DNA of 64,000 bases from Elsinoe ampelina (lineage: Eukaryota), in assembly GCA_010093995.1 (NCBI GenBank), contig ML992513.1, forward strand, positions 741,203 to 805,202, read 5' to 3'. Below, piece after piece: positions 11,541 through 22,966 of this stretch. The notes beneath the pieces were generated by a model, which searched no databases, was not told the origin of the DNA, and was given only the letters and a program-made list of their open reading frames with translations. Each line of letters starts with the position of its first letter. The stretch's first letter is position 1. Made by a program: the position numbers and the translations under genes.

Positions 11541-13689
11541 ATGGCTCCTCATCCACTCTCCAACCTCAGCGAGGGCGAGATCCTTGCTGCAAAAGAGCTT
11601 CTCGTCTCCTTGTACCCCCAAAAAGTACTCAGCTTCCGCGAGATCTTCCTGCAAGAGCCAGCAAAGGCAGAGCTGGTAGCCTTCCTGGACGCAGAGCATG
11701 CTGGCAGAGATATATCGAAGACTCAGAGACCATCACGTCTAGCCAAATGCCAGTATGATGTCATTGGCTCGGACAAGATTCCTGTCTACGAAGAGGCGGT
11801 CGTTGATGTCGAGAAGAAGGAACGAGTAAAGCATGAAGTTATTGGCAAGGAATTCCATGCCGCTTTGACTATGTAGGTGCTCTCAACGTGTTCACGTGTG
11901 ACACCCACTAATACTACCAGGGATGAGTTTGACGTCCTGATCAGAGTATGCAAAGCCTCTCCAGAATTCCAAAAGGCCATTGCCGAGTTCAAGCTCCCCG
12001 AAGGCTTCGAGGTCGTCGTGGAACCATGGCCATACGGAGGTCTTGAAGACACGGAGGAAGTCAAGAGGTATTTCCAGGGCCTTGTCTTCGCCCAGGACAA
12101 CAACAATGGCAACCCAGACTCCAACTTTTACGCCTATCCTCTACCTCTCATTCCAGTCATGGACATCCACCAGGAAAAGATCATTCGGATCGATAGACTC
12201 GCCACGGGCGGCAAGGGTGACAGCTTGACTGGACTGACACGTTCCGAACGGGTCCTCGATCACTGTGGCCCGGCCGAGTACGTCCCTGAGCTGCTGCCGA
12301 ATGGCACCAGGAAGGACCTCAAGCAGATCGATATCACCCAGCCAGATGGACCTTCGTTCTCCGTCAAGGATGAATCATTGGTCGAGTGGCAGAAGTGGCG
12401 TTTCCGAGTATCCTTCAACCCACGCGAAGGTGCCGTCATCCACGACGTCCACTACGACGGCCGAAGTGTCTTCCATCGTCTGTCGATCAGCGAGATGACG
12501 GTACCCTATGCCGATGCCCGACCTGTGTACGTCCGCAAACAGGCCTTTGATTTTGGCGATGGTGGTGCAGGCAACTATGCCAATAACCTAGCGCTTGGCT
12601 GTGACTGTCTTGGTGTGATCAAGGTATATTCAATCCCTCTCTCTCCGCTGGCGCCTTACTGACCATCCTCAGTACTTTGATGGCTACACTGTCAACTCAG
12701 ACGGTAGCGTCCAGCACCAGCCCAACGTCATCTGCCTCCACGAGCAAGATGCCGGCATCGAGTGGAAGCACACCAACTGGCGTACTGGCCGAGCTGTTGT
12801 CGTCCGTCGCCGCGAACTCGCCGTGCAATTCATCATCACTCTCGCCAACTATGAATACATCTTCGCCTACAAATTCGACCTCTCCGGCGGCATCGACATC
12901 GAGACCCGCGCCACCGGCATCGTCAGCTGCGTCAACATCGACGCCAACAAGACCAGCGACTACGGCAACGTCGTCAACCCGGGCGTCCTGGCCCAAAACC
13001 ACCAACACATCTTCGCCATCCGCATCGACCCGGCCATCGAAGGCCACACCAACACCGTCATCCAAGAAGAATCCCACACCGTCCCCACGAACCCCACCAC
13101 CAACCCCAAAGGCAACTACTACGAAGTCCGCCAAACCCGCCTGGAAACCTCCACCTGGGCCGACGCCGCCCCGGAACACAACCGCGTCTTCAAGATCGTC
13201 AACGAGAACAAGCGCAACAAAATCAGCGGCAAACCCATGGGCTACAAACTCGTCCCGCCCGCCACCCAACTCCTGCTAGCCGACAAGACCTCCCTGCAAG
13301 CCAAGCGCGCCGCCTTCGCCCAGCACCACGTCTGGGTGACAAAGCACCGCGACGACGAGCTCTACGCGGCCGGACGCTTCACGATGCAGAGCAGGAGCGA
13401 AGTCGGCGGGGTGGGAGACGCGGTGGAGAGGAGGGATAATGTCGCCGACGAGGACGTGGTGGTGTGGTCTGTCTTTGGGCTGACGCATAATCCGAGGGTC
13501 GAGGATTGGCCCGTCATGCCGGTCGAGATTCACAATGTGCATTTGCGCCCCGCGGACTTTTTCGAGCGGAACCCGAGTTTGGATGTGCCGAGTGGTAAGA
13601 ATTGTGCGAGTAGGGTGGTGGTGGTGGGGAATGGGCATACGAATGGGACGAATGGGCGTACCAATGGGGAGGGTGGTGGGTGTCATTAG
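11541..13689 (+). CDS. Copper amine oxidase (TPQ-dependent); introns ~11873-11920 and ~12624-12671
   Basis: TPQ consensus ANYEY, copper-binding HQH, THNPRVEDWPVMP, PADFFERNP. Confidence 0.95.
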
Positions 13690-13813
13690 TGGGGGGAGGG
13701 ATGTAGATGCTTTCTTGAAATGGTTGATAGATGAAGTAATGTACAGACTGCCTTGTCATGTCTGGGCTCTGCCTGCCGCTACCTAGGGTGTGGGTGCTCG
13801 GTGGTCAAGTCCT

Positions 13814-14805
13814 CTAAGCTTGAGCAAGAATCTCCCTGCTCTTGACCAGATCGCTCGTGCCCCTGTCCGGATCCTCGTCCTGGGCATCCTTGATGTTGCA
13901 GAGTCCATCTTGACCGCGGACCTTGCTGTCATTCGGGCCCTGGACCCGCCTAAAGTCCCTCTTACTGTTACTCTTCAACATATCCGCGGCAGCCTCGGGC
14001 ACCCAACCGTTGATAAAGTCTCCGTGGAAGCAGTAGCTAGGTCCGCATGATAACTCGAGTGGTGGGGCACCACTCCATCCGTTGGGGAGAGCCTTGCGCA
14101 GATCATACCTGATGCTGAACCTCAATTGTGGGATACGCTTCATGCCGGCTGGGCAGCGGTTGGCAGGCTTGAACCCATCCTTCCAGTTCTGTGTACCAGA
14201 ATAGGCGCTCTCGAGAGTGCTTGGGTTGACGCAATCATGGAAGAGCAGGAGAGACTGGAGGTGCGTGCTGCACGTGGTAGTGGGGAAGGCACCAGCATCG
14301 GCGCCCGCGGCCTTGTTCGGCCCGCCTTCGCAGAACCAAGAGAAGCCGGCGAGAGGGATCGTGTCGGCCTGGGTAGTGGCTTTGGCATTGCCGGCGATGG
14401 CGGTGAAGTCCGTGGGGATTGGGATCTCGGCGGACTCGATAGCGACGTAGTAGGCGGAGAAGCGCATTGGTGCGATGGGCTTGTACTGCTTGTTGACGTT
14501 GGTGTAGAGCGTCGGAACCCCTGGTATCAATTAGTCAGAGCCATCGAGGGACTGTGAGAAACCAAACAGTAGACGGAAAGATCGTTGAGGTTGTCCACCG
14601 TGGAGCAGCCCTTCATGATCTCCGCAGACTTGGTGGTGTTGACGGTGACGGCATCAGATCCGAAGAAGGAGTGCATGTGACTGCGATACTGCCCCGGCAC
14701 GACGAGAGGATCAATGTTCTTCAACATGTACTGCCCGGCCACCACGACGGTGTAGGCATTTGCGAGACCAGCCGCAGCAGAAAGAGAAATCAAAGTCGAT
14801 AGCAT
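13814..14805 (-). CDS. Secreted DUF1996-domain protein; one intron
   Basis: Signal peptide, IDPLVVPG..SHMHSFFG, spliced DLSVYWVPTLY, FHGDFINGW. Confidence 0.88.
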
Positions 14806-15955
14806 CTTGCAAACCAGTGAAAGAGTGACTGGGGTGAGAATGAATGAATGGATGAAGGAAGAAGAAGCGACAAACCAACGTCCATGTATACTGATACAGA
14901 CCTAAGCTGAGGGAGGACGAACATGTTTGACTTTGCACAACCGACATTGACGGGGCCGGCGCCCTACAACGTCCCTCCTCCACCACTGTCAGCCAACGAT
15001 AGCAGCCCTGTACCCTCGTATACAAAGAAGCACCAGGCGCGAAAAGGTAAAAAGGATGTCAATGTCGATGTGAAACTGATGGTCGGTCAGGGTTGAGGAA
15101 GAACAACCACGCTAAGCTCAGCCAAGACGTTTCATGTCCCTTCGGATGCCTCGAAATGAAATGACACCAAGTCCAAGCTTCCACAAGAGTTTCCACAAGA
15201 TCTTTCATGTTCATAAGGATGAGTGCTTATCCATCGGGCGGCTTAGTCGATGTTCTCTGAAGAAGAATGCGAGCCACAGGGCCTTGCAGCTCTGATGCCA
15301 TGAGCTTTGTCATCACAAAATCGCATGGACAACCTTGATCTCCAGCGTGAGCTGGGTCACACCCAACACTGCGCTGAGCCTCCGAAACACCGCTCATATG
15401 GTTGTAACCCTAGATGCCAAGTGGCGCGTCACATGATCAGCGCACTCCGAACCAGCGGCTTGAGGTTTGAAAGTAGTCCAGCACACGACGAACTCCCAAC
15501 TATATCAACACGTCGGCCGTTGCAGCAGTCTCCGGTCGTCCTTTGAATTTCGTAAGCAGGTGCGGTGGAGCTTCAGAGGATATACGGTTGCAGATAGGGC
15601 CCGTCTTCTTCGACACATTTGACCGGTTTTTTGGGCCTAAATAGGAAATTCTGCTAGATAGCCGACGCAAAGGCCGACCGGACAAACCCTTGGCAAACAA
15701 AAGACCAGCTAAGGCGACGCTATCTCTAGACTATAGCGTGGTTCGCGAACTCCTCCTGACATTGAAAAAACCAGGATTGAAGAAGACGGCCCCATAGATC
15801 AGAGCTATATTCACATGGACTTGAGAGAGGTCGGGAATTAGGATCAAGATTAGGTTACTATGAATCTGCAACGGTAAGGCAGTTCATTGGTCTGGGATCA
15901 AGCGTAGTCGATCATGAAATCTTCTCTCGTCTCACATCACTCTTGTGGTGCTGGC

Positions 15956-16939
15956 TTATGCGAGTCCATCGAGCAGTCCTCCGACACCGGTTGCGCTGGG
16001 TGTAGCAGATAAGGACGCTGATGTCGTGGTGACTGACTCCAAACTGGTGGTGATGGTGATGCTGCTGCTGCTGGCCAGGGCGCTGACTGAGCTGGCAGAC
16101 TCGCTAACGCTGCTCAATGTGATGCTTGTAATTGAGGCGGTGGTAGTTGTGCTGCCGCTGATGCTGCTACCGCTGCTGCTGGTCGAAAGGAGTCCGCCGA
16201 GGAGATCCTCCGAGCTGACGCTGGAGCTCGAGACAGTGCCGGTGCTGGAGACCGAGCCGGTGCTGGTGAAAGAGCCGGTGCTGGGAAGAACGCTCAACAG
16301 AGTGATGGAGCTGCTGTGGGATGAAGTGATCGAGGAGTTGAAGAAGCTGCTCAGGACGCTAGTAGTCGTGGGAAGAGTGCCATTCAAAGACAAAGTGACG
16401 GATGCAGTGCTGTTACTCAGCATCGACGAGGTCGAGGACGCCATGGTGATGGTCGCGACAGAGGAGCTGCTAGGACGAGGCGTGGCGCTACTGGTGGAGT
16501 TGGTCTTTGCGAAGCACTTGCATGCATTGTACACGGAGCGGACGTTGATCTTCTCAAATGGAGAGTCGGCCCTCCATTTGGCCGTGTTCCAGTATTTGCA
16601 GAACTCGGATGTCTTCTTGGCCTCCTTCTGGAGTGCCTTCTTCTGGGCACTGCTACACTTGGGAGCAGCTCCTGGATTTGTGACCGGGCTAGCTGCCTTG
16701 GTGGACTGCTTCTTTTTGGTGATGCAGGTGCATGCCTTGGAGAATTGTGCTCGTGTGAGAGCATTGACCGGAGATTTGGTTTGCTTATAATCGAGGTACC
16801 AATTGCAGAAGTCCTTTGGTACGTTGAAGGCCTTCTTGACGGTGGCTACCTGTGTTTGATTGCATGACTGCTTGGGAGCCGCGAGGACAGCAGAAAAGAA
16901 AAGAGCAAGTAGGAGAACAACACTAGAGAGACGAGACAT
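15956..16939 (-). CDS. Secreted protein A: two Cys4 Lys-rich repeats plus a Ser/Thr-rich tail (mucin-like); paralog of 37153..38286
   Basis: Signal peptide MSRLSSVVLLLALFFSAVLA. Repeats C..FCNWY..ACTC and C..FCKYW..ACKC. ~180-aa S/T tail. Intronless. Confidence 0.85.
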   Translation of the reverse strand: MSRLSSVVLLLALFFSAVLAAPKQSCNQTQVATVKKAFNVPKDFCNWYLDYKQTKSPVNALTRAQFSKACTCITKKKQSTKAASPVTNPGAAPKCSSAQKKALQKEAKKTSEFCKYWNTAKWRADSPFEKINVRSVYNACKCFAKTNSTSSATPRPSSSSVATITMASSTSSMLSNSTASVTLSLNGTLPTTTSVLSSFFNSSITSSHSSSITLLSVLPSTGSFTSTGSVSSTGTVSSSSVSSEDLLGGLLSTSSSGSSISGSTTTTASITSITLSSVSESASSVSALASSSSITITTSLESVTTTSASLSATPSATGVGGLLDGLA

Positions 16940-17678
16940 GTTGATGAAGGTGATACTGACGTCTTTCGCAGGTAGTGTGAGTGTCGGAAGGGGGGTGGCC
17001 TGCCACCGAAGTTATAGTCTAGTGTGCTCTCATCACATATCAGTCCCGTTGATGGTAAAATTGCCGAATCAAGGAAATAACGGTCAAGATACAAACATCG
17101 TTGTTCGGTACTGTCGTTGCAAGCAGGCTTGTTGGTATTTTAATCACGATCGAAGTGCCGTTGGCTACGGATCTTGCTTCTGCCTGGGTGGCAGTTCAAC
17201 CACTTCTGACTGTTTGACAATCCAGATGACTTCCAATATGCCAAGGCACCGGCCTCACTCATCCCCAAGCCAGTGGTGTACAATCTCTCGTATGCTTGAG
17301 TCTAGGCGCTGGAGATACGACTGAAACAGGCCTGCTTGGATGTACTAGATGGTGTCGCTCCTTGGTTGCTACCCACCTCGCAATGCAACATGTAAGCACC
17401 AATTGAAAGCCATCTCGGCTGACTCGCAGATAGCAACAGTAGTTCTGAGTTTGCAACACTGAGTCTCGATCGGATGGAGGTCCTCTTCACCAGTCGCTGC
17501 AAGGGTGCCCATCATGACTGTGGGCGACCGTCCGATACCGTCTTCCACTGATCAGTGTCCATGACTAGCTGAAGATAAGGCAGAGGCTGTCAGGGACTCG
17601 TCAATCATCAAAGCTTGATCATCCGCTGTGTAAGGGTATTTGGAAATTATTCTTCTGTATCATGCAATAAAAAGGACA

Positions 17679-19199
17679 CTACTCGTTGCCATGTGTGGGA
17701 GAGAAGCCCAGCTCCTGGAATAACTTTGCGGCTCCATGCTTGCGGACGTAAGCGATTTCCTCGTCATCTGTGAATTTCTCGACCGGCTTCAGCTCTGCGT
17801 TGTGCCAGACGAGCTGACAGTCTTGATCTTTGTTCTTCCCGCAGAGCAGCTCGTACGAGCGTACTGTCCCGAATTGGTCCAAGAAAGCTCCCTCACCACC
17901 CCAACCGGTATGCTTCCAGAAGCTAGGTCCGCTGATCGCAGTGCCTAAAAGTGTCGAGTTGAATGTGAAAGATCCATAATCAAACAATCCCCCGACAGCC
18001 TCCCCGATATCCTCGTCGACTTTGGCCTTCTCGAAACCCACGAGGTCCGGACCAACGAGAAGATTACCAACCGGAACGACACCAAGACGTACCACCTTGA
18101 CAAGTTTGTCGAAGAGGCCTGGCACGATCTTGTTGTCGTCATCGAGTCCGTAAACTGGACCATGACCGTAAAGACCACCTCGACCGGATCGGGTCAAAGC
18201 ATAAATCATTTGAAATAGAGCATTCTTCTGTGCATTGCCCCAAGATTTGGTTTTGCCATATGCGAAGTAGATGAAGGATACACCGGTCCGTTGCAGCGTA
18301 CGAAGGATGAGAGGATCAATCTCAACATCATCCTCAGCAATGATCCAGACCACTTGCCAGTCACGAACGTCATGTTGTTCTTCTGAATTGACATCAAGCA
18401 TGCGCTTCTCCTGTTGCGACATCCAGGAGCGAATTGCACGTCCGTGGCGTCGGAAGTACTGAGGACGGAATTCGGCCGACTTTCCCTCCGGAGTGGTCGC
18501 TGTGGTCAGGTAGATTGTCGGCCTGCCAGTGTCCAGTCCGAACAGAGACCAGGCCATCATCTCATCGAGGTGATTGGCCGTCCGCCCGATGAGCTTCAGC
18601 GCTTGCTCACCATTAAGATGCTGTCGGGCGCAGTATATATCCAGAATTGCGAGGCGCACAAATTCGTTGACGTCGACCGTATCGGAAGAGGGATGTACAT
18701 GACTCTCAAGCGGTCGGGGCGGGAAACCAAAGCTGGCGCTTGATTGAGGAGTTGGCTTGTAATACGGAACGATTGCCTGACAGTTGCACAGTGTGCAGAG
18801 ATCTCTCGGCCTTGCGGACTCGAGATGGAGAGGAAATTGAGCTGGACTCGCAATTTCTGCGTCATAAAGTTGTTCGAAGAAAGGGCTGGTCGCATTCGTG
18901 ATATTTCCAGTTCGTGACCTTGACAACACCAAAGCTACCAGCAGGGAAATGATCAAGCAACCCACAGTGAGTGTCCGCCATGAGCTGGCAATGGTGGCGT
19001 AGGCATCATCCACGTCGAAGTTGTTGGCTATCGTGCGAATTTTCTCCAATAGTCTGCTCCTGGTAACCCTCCGCCGGCTGTTGCGGTCGTCGAGGTGCAT
19101 CTTTTCTGTGTCGCCTTCTTCATCCAGTAGTGCTAGATCACTTCCAGTATCACTTTCGTCTCGGTAGCGGTTCATGATTTCCGTGTCGCTTTCGACCAT
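17679..19199 (-). CDS. GT43-like glycosyltransferase (glucuronosyl/xylosyltransferase fold), type II membrane protein; intronless; alternative ATG at 19226
   Basis: Ordered GT43 motifs PTIY, WIIAED, NAQKNAL, GPVYGLDDDN, VVPVG, DYGSFTFN, GGEGAFL, LVWHN. N-terminal TM LTVGCLIISLLVALVL. Confidence 0.8.
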   Translation of the reverse strand: MVESDTEIMNRYRDESDTGSDLALLDEEGDTEKMHLDDRNSRRRVTRSRLLEKIRTIANNFDVDDAYATIASSWRTLTVGCLIISLLVALVLSRSRTGNITNATSPFFEQLYDAEIASPAQFPLHLESARPRDLCTLCNCQAIVPYYKPTPQSSASFGFPPRPLESHVHPSSDTVDVNEFVRLAILDIYCARQHLNGEQALKLIGRTANHLDEMMAWSLFGLDTGRPTIYLTTATTPEGKSAEFRPQYFRRHGRAIRSWMSQQEKRMLDVNSEEQHDVRDWQVVWIIAEDDVEIDPLILRTLQRTGVSFIYFAYGKTKSWGNAQKNALFQMIYALTRSGRGGLYGHGPVYGLDDDNKIVPGLFDKLVKVVRLGVVPVGNLLVGPDLVGFEKAKVDEDIGEAVGGLFDYGSFTFNSTLLGTAISGPSFWKHTGWGGEGAFLDQFGTVRSYELLCGKNKDQDCQLVWHNAELKPVEKFTDDEEIAYVRKHGAAKLFQELGFSPTHGNE

Positions 19200-20481
19200 C
19201 CTAATGATAGCAAAGGCTTTTTCCATACACAAATAGCAAGTGACCTGCTTTGACGACCTCAATCACTTCCATGCAAACTGGGAAGTGGTTTGTTGTTGGC
19301 AGGCAATCTGCAACCGGGGACCAAGCACGGCGGATACAACAGCGAAAATGGAAAGAAATTGGTTATGTACCAATTGCGGTTCAGACGTAGCCAGGCCCCA
19401 CGCCGACAACGGCTGATAATGCAGGTGCAGTGCTGTACTGTGACCACCGCTAAGCGTTCATGCACGAAGCTTCACTGGCTGGGGGGGATCATTCGTTCCA
19501 GGGGACCGAGAAAAGGGAGAAGCCATGACCTCGATCAATTTGCAAGGCGTCGTGGCTGTCGTGCAACGTTTCTGCAGATATTGACCACAACGGTCCCGCC
19601 CTTTCGAGGGCATCTTGGCAGATCATTGCCTCCTGAAATCAATCATGACAGAATCTGGTTCACAGACTCGCCTTGGGCGGCTGTGGGCTATCAATGGCCA
19701 TAAGGTGGTTCGAGGGCGTTCGCTGCAGCTGTGGTGCAGATCAGACCGGCTCTGGTCCAGAAAGACGTTGGTCGAGGCTCGATACGGTGACGTGGCGCGA
19801 GAGACATGCTGACGGGAGCAGACAATATTTTCAGCCATGTGGCAGATGTTACGAAAGTAAGGGATGCAGAAAGAGCTTGATGGGGGGTCCGTCGAAGCTT
19901 GATAGGCGCGCTGACTCATCCTTCATGGCGACACCACGCCACCTGTCTTTACCTCGCTTCATCTCCACCGCTGCTACTATATCAAACAGGATGATGTTGA
20001 TGCCATTTGCGAGCACAAATCGGACTCCCAGGATGACTGCATATACAAACGAAGCATTGATTCCCCTGCAAAGGGGCAGCTTTGCGGTGTGTCTACTGCG
20101 TAACGGCGGCCAAGTTACCCCTTATTAGTCGAATCTTCGACGCCGTTTAGAGCCTCACTACTAAGTTTAAGCACTCAGTCCACCTCGATTTGGTTGATTG
20201 GTTTAGCTCGGATCCTTTCGCCTGCATGCGCAAGCGTTCAGCTGAACATGTTCCAGCCAAAGGGGCAAGAAATTCGAGCTGCCATTTGATGTGCAACGTC
20301 TTCTCCCTTCTCGACTCCGGACGCTCTCCTCCCCCGTGAGGCTTGCAGATGGTTCAGTAGACGGCACCATGGGCGTCCCATAACGGTCTGATCGGTGAGC
20401 TTTGCTTAGTCTCTCACTTGATCCATCTTCTCCCACAATTGTCTTCTGCTTCAGAGAAAATCATAGTCGGTTTCAGTCATC

Positions 20482-22740
20482 ATGTTGACTTCAGTACAAC
20501 ACCGTCGGGTCGTCGTTGGGACAATCTCGTTCCTCATTCTGGTCACGATCCTTTTCTTGACGCTGCCAGCCTCATCAGTCGGCCGGGTCCCCAAGCTGCT
20601 GAGATACAAGCACACCAGCGATGCATCCACATCCGTCGATGTCAGTAATCAGGATCTGAGCATGCCCACGGGCTCCTTCACGTACGACAATATTGCTCAG
20701 ATAACGAGTGATTTAGAAGTAGCGAGAGATCCATGCGAAGGGCTTGCTCTACCAGAAGGAGGGAAGAATGCGTCAGGGACAGAGGGGACACTGGTACTTG
20801 TGACTGGCGGTGCGGGATTCATTGGCTCGAATCTTGTGGACAGATTGCTCCATCTGGGATACAAGGTCAGGATATTCGACAATCTCTACACTGGGTTTAT
20901 CCGCAATGTCCCGCTGGAGCATGAAAACGTCGAATTCTTCTTTGGCGATATTCTAAACAGGACGGCTCTCCAAGAAGCTATCAAGGGTGTCGACTACGTC
21001 TTTCATCTTGCCGCCATGAGCAAGGTCGTCCCGTCGCTGAAGAATCCCGACATGGCCCGTTTCTGCCTAGAAAGCAATGCTCTGGGGTCGTGGAACGTAC
21101 TGGAAGAAGCACGTCTTGCCGGCCACATCAAGAAAGTCATCTATGCGGCGTCATCGACATATTATGGTAATGCACCTCCGCCTCATAAGGAGACTATGGC
21201 TCCGGATTTCCTCACTCCCTACTCGAGCAGTAAATACGAAGGGGAGTTGCAGATGCAGACTTTTGACCAACTCTTTGGTGTGCCTACCGTTAGCACCCGC
21301 TTCTTTATGGTGTATGGTCCTAGACAACCGACCACTGGAGCCTACGCTATCGTTACCGGCGTGTTTGCCAAGGAAGCCGCAGACGGCAAGCCACTCACTA
21401 TCGAGGGAGACGGGAGTCACTCTCGTGACTTTATCCACGTCAGTGATATCGTGGAAGGCCTCATCCTCGCTCAGCAGTCTCCGACGCTTCACGGAGAAGT
21501 CATCAACCTAGGTACCGGCTCGTCGTACTCTGTGCAGGATCTGGCCGATCTGGTCTCTAAGGATCAGGTCAAGCTTCCACCACGCGAGCACGACTTGGTG
21601 CGCACTTTGGCCGACACTTGCAAGATGAAGAAATTGCTACAATACCAGCCCAAGACGGATTTCATCAAAGAAATGAGCTACATGGTGAAGGCGACGAAAG
21701 AAGGCAATGTGTTTACACAAGATTGGTTTACCATATCAAGAGCGTTGTCTGCGCCGCACTTGCTTCCCGCTGGCAGTCCGGAATTCGGATGGCCAAAGGA
21801 GCAGAACGATCTTGACGCACTCCTCGTGAGCTTGCAGCACGTCAAGGAGAAGATCCATGCTGGAGAGGAAGACAACCAACGCCTGGTCACCGTGCTGCCT
21901 CTCACACTTCATGGACTTGACGATACTGATTTGCCTGCTCTCCGAGAACTGCTCTTGAACACGGTGTATACTCTGGTTCGCTACGGAAATGTTGTTCGAT
22001 ATATCGTCGCAGCGACCAATGACAAAGCGCTGGCGATTTGCACCGAGCTCAACCTACCTTGCCTGGATGTCCGGGATAATCTCAAATCGAGCCCTGCTCT
22101 TGTGGACGCCCTGCTAAGCCGTGGATATGACGTGCATTACGCAGTCATCGGTAACAGCTATGCATCATCTGTGCCTGCCTTCTTGTACAGCAACAGCAAC
22201 GAAGAGATCTCCAGCTCGGACGTCATCCGGGTACAACAGCAAGGTGACTTCTTTGTGAGATTGACCGACGAGACTCGGCACGCTTTCTCGTCCATGGACA
22301 AGAATGGTCCAACCTCTCATTTATCCATGCTGCGAGGCAAATCGTGGCCAAACGCAGAACTCAGTCAAGCCCGTTTCGAGGCGGCACACCTTTGCGACGC
22401 ATCAGTCAAGCAGACTTCTTCGTACACAGATGACGATGGAGCGGGCTACTCATCCCCTCCAGGCGGTCACAAGGCCGCGCCGGGTTCGAAAGTACCACAC
22501 CAAGTCAGGGCCTCGCACAAAGTCTGCGATACTATCGGCCACCGTCTCTTTGTCACGCCTGGTTGTGCTGACAAGCCAGTGGTCGTGGCGAATGCGACTG
22601 TCGAGGCACTCGTCAAAGCGGGTGCGTTTCATCTCAGCCAATGTCATGACCCAGAACACTGCGATGTTCAGCAGATCCTTCCATCGAGGTGGATTCAGAA
22701 GACGGCGGATCTTGCCACGTCTGGAGATCTTTGTTCTTAG
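20482..22740 (+). CDS. Membrane-anchored NAD-dependent nucleotide-sugar epimerase/dehydratase (extended SDR) fused to a degenerate nucleotide-diphospho-sugar-transferase-like domain; intronless
   Basis: N-terminal TM, then VLVTGGAGFIGSNL, VFHLAA, AASSTYYG, YSSSK, VYGPRQ, GDGSHSRDFIHV. C-terminal YIVAATNDKALAIC..LPC..LLSRGYDV. Confidence 0.88.
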   Translation: MLTSVQHRRVVVGTISFLILVTILFLTLPASSVGRVPKLLRYKHTSDASTSVDVSNQDLSMPTGSFTYDNIAQITSDLEVARDPCEGLALPEGGKNASGTEGTLVLVTGGAGFIGSNLVDRLLHLGYKVRIFDNLYTGFIRNVPLEHENVEFFFGDILNRTALQEAIKGVDYVFHLAAMSKVVPSLKNPDMARFCLESNALGSWNVLEEARLAGHIKKVIYAASSTYYGNAPPPHKETMAPDFLTPYSSSKYEGELQMQTFDQLFGVPTVSTRFFMVYGPRQPTTGAYAIVTGVFAKEAADGKPLTIEGDGSHSRDFIHVSDIVEGLILAQQSPTLHGEVINLGTGSSYSVQDLADLVSKDQVKLPPREHDLVRTLADTCKMKKLLQYQPKTDFIKEMSYMVKATKEGNVFTQDWFTISRALSAPHLLPAGSPEFGWPKEQNDLDALLVSLQHVKEKIHAGEEDNQRLVTVLPLTLHGLDDTDLPALRELLLNTVYTLVRYGNVVRYIVAATNDKALAICTELNLPCLDVRDNLKSSPALVDALLSRGYDVHYAVIGNSYASSVPAFLYSNSNEEISSSDVIRVQQQGDFFVRLTDETRHAFSSMDKNGPTSHLSMLRGKSWPNAELSQARFEAAHLCDASVKQTSSYTDDDGAGYSSPPGGHKAAPGSKVPHQVRASHKVCDTIGHRLFVTPGCADKPVVVANATVEALVKAGAFHLSQCHDPEHCDVQQILPSRWIQKTADLATSGDLCS

Positions 22741-22825
22741 ATGTCGTTTGCGATAGTTTTTGCATGTATTTAGCACCTGTTTAATCATGGACAACTCACG
22801 ACTTTAATTTTGTACTAGTTCCATT

Positions 22826-22966
22826 TGTTGTAATAGAGGACTAGTACAGCTTCTCTAGTACTAAATAACTAGTACTAATGAGTTAGCACACGTATAGTAG
22901 ATAATCGGTTATTGTAACTTACTAAATAAATAACATATCTCTCGATCCGATTTGCTAATTATAATA
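22826..22966 (+). repeat. 5' LTR (141 bp)
   Basis: Direct repeat of 28795-28935 at constant offset 5969. Begins TGTTG. Confidence 0.95.

Noticed and set aside
15945..16790. 281-aa hydrophobic plus-strand ORF, and the similar 37608..38351 minus ORF
   Set aside because: Antisense shadows of the Ser/Thr-rich tails; the Val/Leu/Glu richness is the reverse complement of Thr/Ser codons.
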